From Ramazzottius varieornatus (taxonomy: Eukaryota; Animalia; Tardigrada), in assembly GCA_001949185.1 (NCBI GenBank), contig BDGG01000001.1, positions 4,701,624 through 4,765,623 of the forward strand: a stretch of 64,000 bases of DNA, read 5' to 3'. Shown one piece after another: positions 10,901 to 22,800 of the stretch. Every line of letters starts with the position of its first letter. The first letter of the stretch is position 1. The notes beneath the pieces were generated by a model. That model saw only the letters and a list, made by a program, of their open reading frames with translations, did not search any database and was not told where the DNA came from. The position numbers and the translations under genes are program-made.

Positions 10901-13508
10901 TGTCTTTGAAGTCCAGCTGATGAAGGAGCCCGGTGGCGGCCTGGGGTTGAGTATCATAGGTATGGGAGTGGGAGCTGACGCGGGCCTGGAGAAGCTGGGT
11001 ATTTTTGTCAAGAGCGTCAGTGGACCGGCTGGCGTCGATGGAAGGATCCAGGTGAATGATCAGATCATTGAAGTGGACGGTCAGAGCTTAGTAGGAGTCT
11101 CCCAAGCTTATGCTGCTCAAGTTCTTCGCGCCACTCAGGTGAGCCGTTAATTTCGTTTCGGTACTTTTGCCTATTTTCTACGAAATATTAATACCTGACA
11201 AGGCCGTGATCGACACCAACTTGACTGGTATTACCGTAGAAAATGGGCGAAATAAGCTTAACGCCCAGAATAACTCTTGAGGGTATTCGTACAGTGTGAA
11301 GTTCTTGATGATAAACTTGCAAATTTGTCTTGCATTCAGGGCCAAGTGAATTTCTTGATCGGAAGGGAGAAAGGAAACGAGAAAAGTGAGGTAGCCTTGC
11401 TGATCGAACAGTCACGGGCTCGGGATCAGGAGCGAGAAAGACAGATGCAGTTGCAAGCGGTCGAAGATGCGCGGAGGCAGGAGTTGAGAAGTGGTGGGCG
11501 GGGACGACTGTCAGATATCCATGGATCACCCGGCGAAGAAGGTCTGGAAGATGACGATAGCGATATGGACCAGTTCGAAGAATCGTACCCACATGAACCA
11601 CGCACTCCAACGGCGGACCTGGACGGAGAGCTGGGGGCACAGTACTCTCGACAGGCTACCAGCTTGTCACCGGTCGAGTTTGACATCGACAACCTCAAAC
11701 TGAGACGTAAGAAAAGTTTTCAAGATTAAGATCCTGAATATTATAAAGTTTCGATTTAGTATTGAGTTGTTGTATCGCAGTGGCCGAAGCTCAACAGTTT
11801 AGTTCTACGGCTGAAGTAGAAGTCGAACGTCTTCGAAGCAAGCTCTTGGAGTACGAAGGGGACGCCCACAAGTCAGAAGAGCTGATAAGAACGGTCAACT
11901 TGATGAAGACCCAGTTGGCGGAAGCGGAAGTCAGTCATCGCTCAGCGCAGGAAGCCGTCGATAGTAAACAGGTAAGCAACTTTCATTGCATTTGTAAAAT
12001 CCAAGAAAGGAAGTGAAGAGAGTTTTCCTTTGTGTGCTTGTAGAAAGAGTTGGCTGCGGCTCAGGAGAACTTGAAGTTACTTGAGAGGAAGTACAACCGA
12101 GCCAAGAAAGTCATTCGCGACTACCAGCAGCAGATGGAGCAACGGGACCGAAAGTACAACTCGATTATCACCGACATGACGAAGACCATCACCAGCCTAC
12201 AGTACAAGTTGGGAGAGCAAGGAGTAGTTGGTCCTCAGCTCTCACTTCCTAACAAGTCTCCGCTCCTGCCTAAGGCTGTTCTGGACCAACTACTTGCTGA
12301 AAACGACCTATCTGATACAGAGGACGCTGACCTCAGCTTAGCCTCCTCCGCCAACTTTTCAGGTACGAAACCAGTCAACCGACTTCCGGTCGACAGGTGC
12401 AATCTTTCTCTTTTCGTAGCTTTCGATGAGTCCTTCTCCAACCTGGTCCCTGAAACCCAGCTCCTGGACAACACGGCTGCTCGTTCGAGAGCCGACCTCG
12501 TCAACAAAGGTAGCTTGGCTGCCCGTCAACCTCCCTCCACTAAGCGGCAGTCTTTAGAGTTCGACTCCTCGTTCGAAGGACCAGCACGAAAGATCAGTCA
12601 ATCCGGCCACTCTCGTCGTCCCTCAGATCCTCCGCCAGCCGTCCCTGCCCGTCCTCCTCGAGGGACTTTCCCTCGATCTTCCAGCGCTAGAAGCCGAGAA
12701 GACAGTATCATCTCATCAGTGACGAGCGTCACTAGTTATAATGGTAGCGAGATGACCACCGAAACTGGCAGTCTACACACTGTTACGTCTCCCTCGAAGT
12801 TCAGTCCTTTAAAAAATCCGAACTTGGCTTACGCGTCCCTCCCTCGATCCTTCACACGTGGCCGCGACACGGGTAAGCTTTTCTGTCCAGAAGGGCAAAG
12901 AGATTCGATGTCCGTCGCTCATCTGCATACAGCTTTATCAGCCGAAACAAGCTTGTATCGGTATGCAGGTGTTTGCTGCAGTGGCCCAAGATGCACTGTC
13001 AGTCACCTGCATACATCTGACATTCACATGATATGCGGAGACGTGTGTGCAGGTGGTTGAAGTGGTCTTTCTCGTTGTTGACTGATGGTATACTGCAGGT
13101 TTCTGTTTCTTAGCAGGTGAGTCTTCGGATTCGGCTTCCATGGCCAGTGGCAGTAAACACAGTACTCCAGAAAAGAAGTACCAAGGCACAGTTGACGCGA
13201 CAGACTGGACAAGCCACGACGTCAAACAGTGGCTACTGAGTTTCGGTCTCAAGCAGCACATTCCGACTTTCTGCGACCAACACAACATGGATGGACCAAA
13301 GTTGATGAATATGGATAGTGAAGGACTCAAGGCTCTGGGTGTGACTAGCAGTGCCGAGAGAGCCTTCATGAAGAAGAAGATCAAGGAGCTTCGAAGTGTC
13401 TTGGAGAAGGAACGAAGAAGCGTCGAAAAGCAAAGAAAGGTCCAGGAGAAGCTGCTGAAGAAGAGCGCATCGTCTGGTGGCTCTCCGCTCAAGAAAAAGT
13501 CGCCTTAG
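7941..13508 (+). CDS. PPP1R9: Neurabin/spinophilin (PP1 regulatory subunit 9 family): actin-binding N-terminus, PP1-binding motif, PDZ, coiled coil, SAM
   Basis: N-terminal RIASLFQ / [11 protein letters not shown]; exon 10728-11138 [78 protein letters not shown]; coiled coil [17 protein letters not shown]; SAM domain [16 protein letters not shown] in exon 13118-13508. Confidence 0.92.
10519..10639. repeat. Bipartite inverted motif copies 3 and 4 in tandem (neurabin intron 10399-10727)
   Basis: ACCTGCATAC 10519-28 / GTATGCAGGT 10559-68; ACCTGCATAA 10590-99 / GTATGCAGGT 10630-39; both spacers 30 bp; 21 bp between units. Confidence 0.9.
12921..13054. repeat. Bipartite inverted motif copies 5 and 6 in tandem (neurabin intron 12872-13117)
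   Basis: ATCTGCATAC 12921-30 / GTATGCAGGT 12961-70; ACCTGCATAC 13005-14 / GTGTGCAGGT 13045-54; both spacers 30 bp; 34 bp between units. Confidence 0.9.
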
Positions 13509-14103
13509 AAGGAAAGGTGGGAAGGTGAGCTCCAGAGAAAAGAACAGCCAACGTCCATGTTTTTACTTTTAGCCCAGTTCTTGTGTCACAACAAAAAGTG
13601 GCATTGTTGGTAATACAACACTATCTTTTATTACAATAGTCTTCTGTCCAAAAACATTGCCTTTATCTAATGGGCGTTCCTCTTTGTAGACTTTCCCACC
13701 GTTACTGAAAATGTCCAGTACGTTTGTACAAAAGCTTTCTGGCTCATTTCTTTTCCCTTGATTGTTAACGCCACCGTGGTGCTACGTAACTTACGTTCTT
13801 CAATTGGCTCAGTTTAAACGGTTCGTACCTTACTCGTTGCTGACGTTAAATATGATGTTAGAGTACTGCGTGCTGTCGGTTCTGGTTTTTTTGTTGGTCC
13901 ACTTCCTGTTCTAGACTTTGGTCTTGAGTGGCGTAGGTCAGCAGACCATTCACCGGTCCGCTGTTTCGAGAGATCGAAATCTTATTCCAGCCGGTCTCCC
14001 TTTCGAATTCATTACGTTAGTCCACAGCTATTTACTGTATTTTGTCAGCCTTCTTGGGTACAAGCTCATATCCTAGTTGACTGTTAGCAAGGGCCAAGGA
14101 ATC

Positions 14104-15883
14104 ATGGGGAGTGAGGGAAGGACCATCTTCCGTGTGGGCTCAAGACGCAGTCAGGTTGGTAAATCTTATCACATGTTGGCTAGGAATTCTCTGGACCAGA
14201 TACTCTGGCTTATTGCAGCTGGCGATGGTACAGACCAAATATGTGATCGGATGCTTGAGTGCGATCTATGGACCTTGCTACCAGTTCGAAATAGGTAAGA
14301 CCAAGCTAGCAGGCAGTTCTGCGGAAGTATCATATTTTTACCTGGAATCTCAAGAAAGCAAGTTGCCATTGTTGCTGACCAATTCTTTCCGTTATAGTTG
14401 AAATGGAAACCATCGGGGACAAAATACTGGGCACCGAACTTTCTAAGGTTCGACTATACTTGTGTCTCGGGGCGACTCATCTCATCGGAGTCGAAGCTGC
14501 TTCCGAGATACTCCACTGAAGTGGTTTGTGAATTGTTCCACAGATCGGAGAAAAATCGCTGTTCACAAAAGAGCTGGAAACGGCTCTCGAGTTACGATTG
14601 GTGGATTTTGTCGTTCATTCGCTAAAGGATCTCCCCACGGACCTTCCGGCCGGAATGACCATTGCAGCTATCCTCTCGTACGGAGTTTACTTCGACCACA
14701 GCTGACCATTTTTTGTTGAAGTCATAAGGGTACAGTTGACATTTTGCGCTGGTCTTAGACGGGAGAATCCGCAAGATGCCGTGGTGATGAGAAAGGACCT
14801 AACGTGTGGTAGCCTCCGCGACTTGCCACCTGGAAGTGTTCTAGGAACAAGCTCTTTGCGCCGCGCTGCTCAGCTGAAACGAATTTATCCTCACTTGGTC
14901 TTCAAAGACGTGGTAAGGTCAGAGTTTATTCACCGCAACCTCTGCTTAGATTGAGCAGATACGTCACAAAACAGTATTCCCCTGCTGGATCTACCGTAAT
15001 GTCGGTTAGTGTATTTAGCGCGGGAACCTGAACACGCGGCTAAGGAAGCTGGACGATCCTAGCCAGGAGTATGACGCGCTAATTTTGGCCGCAGCCGGAC
15101 TGCTACGTTTGGGATGGCTTGACCGCATATCCGTGGTACGTCCTACAATAACGTTCACTCAAGCGAAACTTTAACAGGTTTTTTGTTATTCGAAGGTTCT
15201 TCCGGCGGAGCAGTGTCTGCATGCGGCAGGACAAGGCGCATTAGCTGTGGAATGCTGTACGGAAAACAAGGCCGTACTCGACCTTCTCAGCCCATTAGTC
15301 CATCCGGAAACCACGATATCCTGCGTCGCCGAACGAGCCTTCCTCAGATACCTGGTAAGCTGTTCACTACATTCTCACCGGATGATTCCTGGATATTGCT
15401 CTGTCGCAGAATGGAGGATGCAGTGTTCCGTGCGCCATCGCCAGCCAACTTACCGGAAACCAGGTAAGATTCCGTGTTTCACTACAATACTGTAGTGTAC
15501 TCTAAGTGCATGTCTGAAATCTGTCACTTTTTCAGTTAATGATAAGGGCGGGAGTTTACAGCCTGGACGGATCTCAGGCTGTGGAGGACAGTCTCTTGAT
15601 AAGGCTCGACGAAGAAGACCCAACTGGCGATGCATCCCAATCGAGCACGGATGCGTCGCTAAGCTCGTTAATCTCATTGAATAGTTCCTACGTCAGTATT
15701 CATCCACAAAGCCTCGATTACAAAGCACTTCGTGCGGCAACGGAAGGTGGCATGGCCATGGGGAGGAAACTGGAGGCCAAAGGTGCCCTACCCATCTTGC
15801 AGGAAGCGCGAGCCCAGGCTAAAACAGCCAACATTCCCAGCATCGTACCCAGTCGAACAGAGCATTCAATTTTGAGATTCTGA
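14104..15883 (+). CDS. HMBS: Porphobilinogen deaminase (hydroxymethylbilane synthase), multi-exon
   Basis: [88 protein letters not shown]. Confidence 0.95.
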
Positions 15884-16066
15884 TAGATAGCAGGTATCTG
15901 TAGCAACTTCGAAGTTTGTGGCCGATGGTGGTACAGTGGTGCGCCAAGTGAAATGGCCAAGGCATGAATCTGGTCGAGTGTGTTCACGCCAGCTTGTTGG
16001 TAGAACGAGTGACATGTAATAGACCAATAGTGGTTAGAAAGAGTAGATTACACCAACTGTAATATA

Positions 16067-17194
16067 ATGAATTGCTGTCAGGATATCAATGCGTTATTCA
16101 AAGATGAGATCTCTTGTATCGAGGGCCGGATGTGGGACCAGACAGGTCCGTATCGCGGAAGTGGTTTTGTCAAGGAGGAACTTGAACGCTTGATTGATCA
16201 TATGGGAGCACAAGCCGCTAAGGTCAGCAGTTAGTTCTACTCACGCGACGCTATTCAACACTTCTTCAAAACATGCGTACCATATGACTTGTCGATTATT
16301 GTAAATCTGGTGTCGTAGTGTCAGGGACTAGACTTTCCTTTGACTTCATCAGAAATGTTCCTCAACACTCCACAAAGAATTTACGTCCTGAAGTTTCCTC
16401 GGATCTACAAGTAATGAGTCGACCGCGAAAACGACAACTTCCTCGGTCGAGTTGTCCAGCCTGACACTGTAACTGTATTGCAGCATGAAAGGAGCCATCC
16501 TGGGCTTCATCCGTTGTGGATGGCGGACAATGGGCATCGTCGATCATGAAGGCTTTCTTCGCAAACTCGACATGCTTGTACTGTATGACGTTTACGTTGC
16601 CCAGAAGTTCCGGCGACTGAGACACGGACGGAAGCTCCTTGATTTTGTTTCACGGGTAAGTTTAAAACGGGAAACTGCAAAATCGAGGAAGAAAGTACAG
16701 TTCATTTGGAAGAAGCAAATGCATTCACGAGTATTTCTCCCTGTTTGCTTAGCATGAAAAGGTAGCGATGCATCATATGGTCCTTGATCAGCCCTCGTCG
16801 GCTTTACTACAGCTCTTTATGAAGCACTACTACTTACGAGATTTCGTCACGGTGGAGACCCGTTATACCATATGGAAGCGCTTCATGGACGAACAGAGAC
16901 CGGCATCCAAAGTGGGGGGTACGCTGTAACTTCTCCCCTTCATATGCACCATCTAAGGCTACCGTTTTCGCAGTTCGACATTTGAATACCGGTCACACTT
17001 ACACCACGAACCCTCGGGACTATCTGGGAGGACCTTGGCCGATCAGTTCGTCAATAGGCACCAAAGTCGAGCATCCCTTTGTCAACTGGCATCAACCAAC
17101 CACTTGTGTTCCCGGCTATCACTACGAGCTTTCACCTTCACAGCAGAGGTGGGTTCCCAGCACAACACCGGTGACACTGTACAGTCTGGATTGA
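16067..17194 (+). CDS. Divergent alpha-tubulin N-acetyltransferase (ATAT1/MEC-17 family), 5 exons (16067-16222, 16319-16410, 16484-16655, 16753-16918, 16974-17194), ~268 aa
   Basis: DINALFKDEI..LIDHMGAQAAKCQGLDFPLTS..RIYVLK..KGAILGFIRCG..YDVYV..RRLRHGRKLLDF..HHMVLDQPSSALLQLFMKHY follows the ATAT1 GNAT domain in order; junctions keep frame. Confidence 0.85.
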
Positions 17195-17895
17195 CATAAG
17201 CTCGTGATACCTGAACCTTCCTGTTCTTTTTCAGAATATACAACAATCGAATCTACAGGCACGACAACAGCGACAAGGCGACAGCCCTTCACAAAATGCG
17301 CACATCGCATCATCCCTTCTCTTGGACATAGCAGGAATGAGCGTTTCAACATATTTGTGTGGTTCGTTGGAAGTTGTATTCCGATAGCCCTCATCGCGCG
17401 CCCGTCTACATATATGCGTAGACACGTCTGTCAAGTTTCGCTGTCACCCGAGCTCACGCTCGACATGACTCGACAGTCAACTGTTAGCAAGAAAATCGTG
17501 AATAAAGGATGATACCGTTTTTTGCTTTTAGGCAATGTGTCAATAAGAGTTCTTCTTTGTCATCAGCAGCCACTTACTCCGTGCAATATGACACGCGGCT
17601 TTCCCAACTTGTCCTCCCTAACTTCCCCTCAAACGAGGTCCCATAACCGGTCACATCATGCAATCGGTGCCTTTTGTGCTGTATCGACCTTCATCAACTG
17701 TTTGCACTTGGACTTTACCCTCAACCTCTCGATATCCTCTCAGACGTCATCGGGAGGAAGCTCGGCAAGGAAGGGAGGACACAGCTAATACATGAATATT
17801 CTCGTGCGTCGCAGAATATATAGCTTTAGGGTAGAGGGTGCCCTGATGAATTGCTTATGGGTCCTTCCAAGATTGCCTGTTGTAATCCCCATTGA

Positions 17896-17903
17896 CTATA
17901 AAT
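17896..17903 (+). promoter_or_regulatory. Candidate TATA box for the IQ microprotein gene
   Basis: TATAAATA about 300 bp upstream of the ATG, with a probable 5'UTR intron in between. Confidence 0.4.
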
Positions 17904-18196
17904 AGAGCGCGGAGACGCACTTGCCGGCGTGTTGGCTGATGATATCGGATATATCTGGCCACACTGCAGAAGTCTCACTCCAGGTCTGACCATACTTAAT
18001 TCACCATCACACGTCCCACTCTGTCACTTGGTCCCTGCCGTCACCCCCTCCCTGTGAACTGCTATCGTCGAGTTGAGGTCCTTTTGTGCTTTCACATTCC
18101 CCCGTTCAACAGCCACAGTTCTTTCTTGTCCCACAACCACCAGCGAGCCGGCGTCTGACATTGTGTTTCTCTGTAAAGCTGACTAGAGTGAGACTA

Positions 18197-18734
18197 ATGA
18201 TGGCCACTTCCGCTAATGCGCCTGTTAACACTAAGACGTCTGTACACGACAGCACCACAACATCAGCCGGAGCTACCCAGGTACGTTTTCGCAAACCGTG
18301 TCTTTGTTATTCCAGTTGCCGTTAGTTGTCTGTCAATTTTGCAAAAACGTTTGTCACACTATCTGAGCTGCTGTTCAAAATTTCTGTTTTACTCAGTTCA
18401 CCGTGGTGTCATTATATAATATATAGCCGTACCGGTACAGTACAGTGGCTCATGGCGGCTAATTGGTCGATCGGAAAAACAAACGTCGTATGCATAGACC
18501 AATTTTCTGCGATTATATTCCCTCAATCAAACCCCGTACACATGCGATATAATTATATGACTGGCTTTTCCACATTCCACATTATAGGCAGAAGATGACG
18601 TTGACATAGATCTGACCGATCCCGATGTGGAGAAAGCTGCCTTAAAAATCCAAGGAGCTTTTAAGGGATTAAAGTCCAAGAAAAGCAGTGGCGCAACCAG
18701 TAAGCCCTCTGCAACGAACCCGGAGAAACCCTGA
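18197..18734 (+). CDS. 76-aa acidic/IQ-motif calmodulin-binding microprotein (PEP-19/PCP4, neurogranin or igloo-like); exons 18197-18280 and 18588-18734
   Basis: Spliced product MMATSANAPV..AGATQ|AEDDVDIDLTDPDVEKAALKIQGAFKGLKSKK..PEKP*; DIDL-x-DP-x-x-EKAA-x-x-IQ-x-x-F is the calpacitin signature. Confidence 0.85.
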
Positions 18735-19815
18735 CAAGGGTCTCTAGCGATATTAGCCGGAAATGATCATGCTGTGTAAACTCTCAAAGATTCCCGACTG
18801 AACCAGTAATCAGACAAAAAGACCAATTCTCAAGATTCCATCAGTCAAGTACGCGCCTGAGCCCGACTTGATAACGCCTCATGAGGCAGCTGGATCCCAC
18901 TTCATCCCTTGCAGCTGGGACCTTACAGCAATAACCCACGCCATGTACAAACTTATACTACAATCTATTGTCCTTGCGGCATCCTGCAAAAACTGCACTC
19001 TATAATCTTTCGCATCCATCCTTAGAACGTTCTTCTGTATGCCTAGTGTATCTAACTCTGCTTCCGGCATAGACTGACTTTACTGCAAATTCCTTTACTG
19101 TGTGACTTTACAGCTAGTACGGTGACGGAAATTGGGCAAACAGAACGTATGATACAAAATCTTCATCTCAACTGACGCAGCTTCCGATTCAATAATAACG
19201 AAAATGTACGCGATTTGGAGAATTCTTACAATGTCAAATTTCAATCTGGTAAAGTACCTTGTGGCATTTAGTCCAGCAGAACGCGGGACATTTTGGGCGG
19301 GCTTAGGTTGAGCAGCGTCACCGCGCCACGCGAGCAAGGACTCGAAACATTGATCGATCCACGCGAAACGCCAGGAGATAAAGCGCATTTGTGGAGCCCA
19401 GAGAAGCCATTATGCATTTGAGCGGGAAAGCCGTCATTTTCTTGAACCAGCGGGATTACGCTCGATAAAAGACCTCGCGGCATTGACGATCAATCTTTAA
19501 TTGCCGCGTCGGTGATGGTACGATCATCCACAGCAGCGCATCGATCGACAGGCAACCTGATTTGGCTCTCTATCACCTGCATAAATTGCACTCACCTTCA
19601 CTAAATCCAACCTTCCCATCGGCGAATCATGCCAACATATGCATCCAGCACGATAAATTGTCTCACCCTTAACACACACGCAAAAGGGTTCCTGTCAGTC
19701 GTAACACAAGGTCCGGATCCCACGAGGACTAGCTGTAGAATGTGAAAGCAGAAGAGTAGAGCTGCACGAACTGTTTCCGTTTTTCCTCCATCCTTCTTCG
19801 TGATCTGCACGTGGT

Positions 19816-22800
19816 ATGTACACGGATCAGAGCTGCGACTCCTACAAAGACAATCTGATGCAAGATGAAGCTACTAACGAGACGGACCTTTTTGTCGACG
19901 TGCAGAAATTTTCCTTGGAAGAGGAAATGGAACGCGTCGTCCTCCAACAACCCTTGTATGTGCGAAGCCTGTTTGACCATTCTTTTTTTCTCTCATAACG
20001 ACTTGCGAGCAATTTGAGTTCTAAATCTTAACCGTTTGTTTCGTTCTAGAGTTATGCTTGGGTCGTTGTAAGAACTTCCCGTACTTTCGGTCAATGAATT
20101 TTCTTACAACAAAAATTTTACTACCGGCTTTGTTTCTAACTTTTGCATTTATGCGGGCAGATCGGATCGACGTCAAAGTCGCTCGGGTTCGACAATATTC
20201 AGCAACGATCACTTCACTGCCGTTTTACAACTCCAGGCATCTCGCAATGGCAGTCATTCGGAACTGGCCTCCCTAAACACCAGCATCAGCGGGGACCGTG
20301 ACGGTGCCGATGAGGGAGAAGCGTTCGAGCCAGAATTCCGACGTGTCACGATTGTTCATCCTGTCCCGGCAAAGGTTCGACAGCCCTTTAAGCTGCACTG
20401 AGGTAATTTTCAAAGTCAACACCACGATTCGGTTAATGTATTATAGGATGGAGGTTCCCGGCTGGCTGACATTGCCGGTACTCCAGAGGATGCCGCTCGT
20501 TTGGCTGAAATGCTGATCGATGCACTTGAGTTACGTCAGCGCTATATGCAGGTCTCTCAGCAGCCATTCTTTGGTACCACGGGACGCTTTCTTTCTGCCC
20601 TAAACGGCCAAAACACTCCGCAGCGACATCCACCTCACCGGCAAAGGAAGCGTTCGATCGAAGGTAAAGAGAATAGCAACCCCAAGCATTGACTGTAAAA
20701 TGCGCCGAAAAACCACAACCCTGATGAACTGGTGCAGAAGTCAACGTAAATCACATGGCAACTGCGCCACTTCGGATGAATGCAAGCTAACTCAGAACAT
20801 CCTAAATTTGTTTTTTCCATCGTTCATCACAGAAACGGCAAAGGAAAAGCGGACACGTAAGGAGAGTGCTTTTGAGTGTCCCTTTGTACCGGTATTGCAG
20901 TGTGACCTTGAAATGGTCGACGGAGTATTTCAAGTATACATGCATGACGTCAGCGACCCAACTGTCAGAATCAAGAAGGACTATCTCACATATGATCGGG
21001 ACAGTTATTTACGAGACTTTGCTAAGATCTACCGAATCACGATCGATGGACCTCTGTAAGTAAGTTTTCTTGTTGCGTTAATCGATCAGAAATCTACGAT
21101 GCGCATCCCGCAGAAAATCGCACTGCTACCGCCAACTCAGTTATCTGCAGAACAAGTTCTCGTTGCACTGTAACTTGAATGAGAATCGAGAAATCTCAGC
21201 ACAGAAGAACACACCCCACCGCGATTTTTACAACATCAGGAAGGTCGATACTCACGTCCATGCTTCATCTTGCATGAACCAGAAGCATCTGTTGCGCTTC
21301 ATTAAAAAAACCATGAAGACATCCCCCGGCGATCTTGTTCACATCGACCCGTTTACCAGTCAGCCAATGACGCTGGATCAAGTCTTCAAGTCCCTGAATC
21401 TGACAACATACGAACTTTCGGTCGACACTCTAGGTACGAAGGAAAAAGGCCGACATTTCCCAGCGCATACAACATTGCTAGCATACGTCACGAGAAATGC
21501 GTAGGCACTTTGAGCTTGTGACGTAGACATGCCGTAGACATGACGTATACTAGCAAAGTTGTATGTGCTAGCAAAGTTCGGACCTTTTCCTCGTACATCG
21601 TGAAGGTACTAGACAGTCGACTACCCAAATTCAATCTGCGCTTCCTGCTACAGATGTGCACGCGGACAGAAATGCCTTCCATAGATTCGATAAATTCAAC
21701 GCCAAATACAATCCAATAGGACAAAGCCTCCTTCGGGACATCTTCGTTCGTTCGGATAATTATATTCATGGAAGATATTTCGCACAGATTCTGAAGGTGG
21801 GAGTACTTTCTGTCTTGCTGCATCTATTGTAAAAATGCGCATTGTGCAAAGCTGTGTCTCACTAGGAATGGTCTTGTAGGAAGTGATGTTCGATCTCGAA
21901 GAAAGCAAGTACCAGAACGCCGAGCTGCGCTTGTCCATCTTTGGCTGCAACATGGAGGAGTGGGATCGCTTGGCGGAATGGGCGACCAAGTACAAGGTCT
22001 ACTCTGACAACGTCCGCTGGCTAATCCAGCTACCGCGACTTTAGTAAGTCCATATCGTTCTTTGTGAAACCTTTGTCCCCCAAAGAAAAACGAGTATCGA
22101 GCTTACGCCAACGGGTCGAATTTTCAGTGATATCTACAAGGCGAAAGGCAAACTTGACAACTTCGGAGAAATTTTGGAAAATTTTTTCCGGCCTTTGTTC
22201 GAAGTGACGAAAGCACCACCCACCCACCCGGAGCTTCACGGCTTCCTCCAACACGTACAAAAATTCATTTCTAAAAAAGACTCGCAGCTTTCTCCAGCTT
22301 CATTTTACTGACTATACTTCATCAATCTAGGTCGTTGGGTTTGATTCAGTCGACGATGAATCAAAGCCGGAGCACATCGGCTTCTACGTCGATGCTCCAC
22401 CGCCACAAAACTGGACCATGACGGAGAACCCTTCGTATTCCTACTACCTGTACTACATGTACGCCAACATGGTGACTCTCAACGCCTTCCGGAAGGAACG
22501 CGGACTGAACACGTTCGTCCTTCGGCCACACTGTGGAGAAGCCGGACATGTCCAGCACTTGATTGCCGGGTTTCTCCTAGCAGACAGCATTGCCCACGGA
22601 TTACTCCTCAGGAAGGTTCCCGCCTTGCAGTACCTCTACTACCTGTCGCAAATCGGCATCTCGATGAGTCCGCTAAGTAACAACTCTCTGTTTCTGAGCT
22701 ACCACCGCCAGCCGCTACCGGATTACTTCGCGAGAGGATTGAATGTGTCGCTTTCGACCGATGATCCTCTGCACTTCCACTTCACAAAGGTACGTAGTTG

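Noticed and set aside
19575-19584. Orphan half-sites of the N30 motif (ACCTGCATAA here; CCCTGCATAA at 2711; TCCTGCATAC at 59018)
   Set aside because: No partner arm 30 bp away, so they were not counted as units; they could be chance matches.
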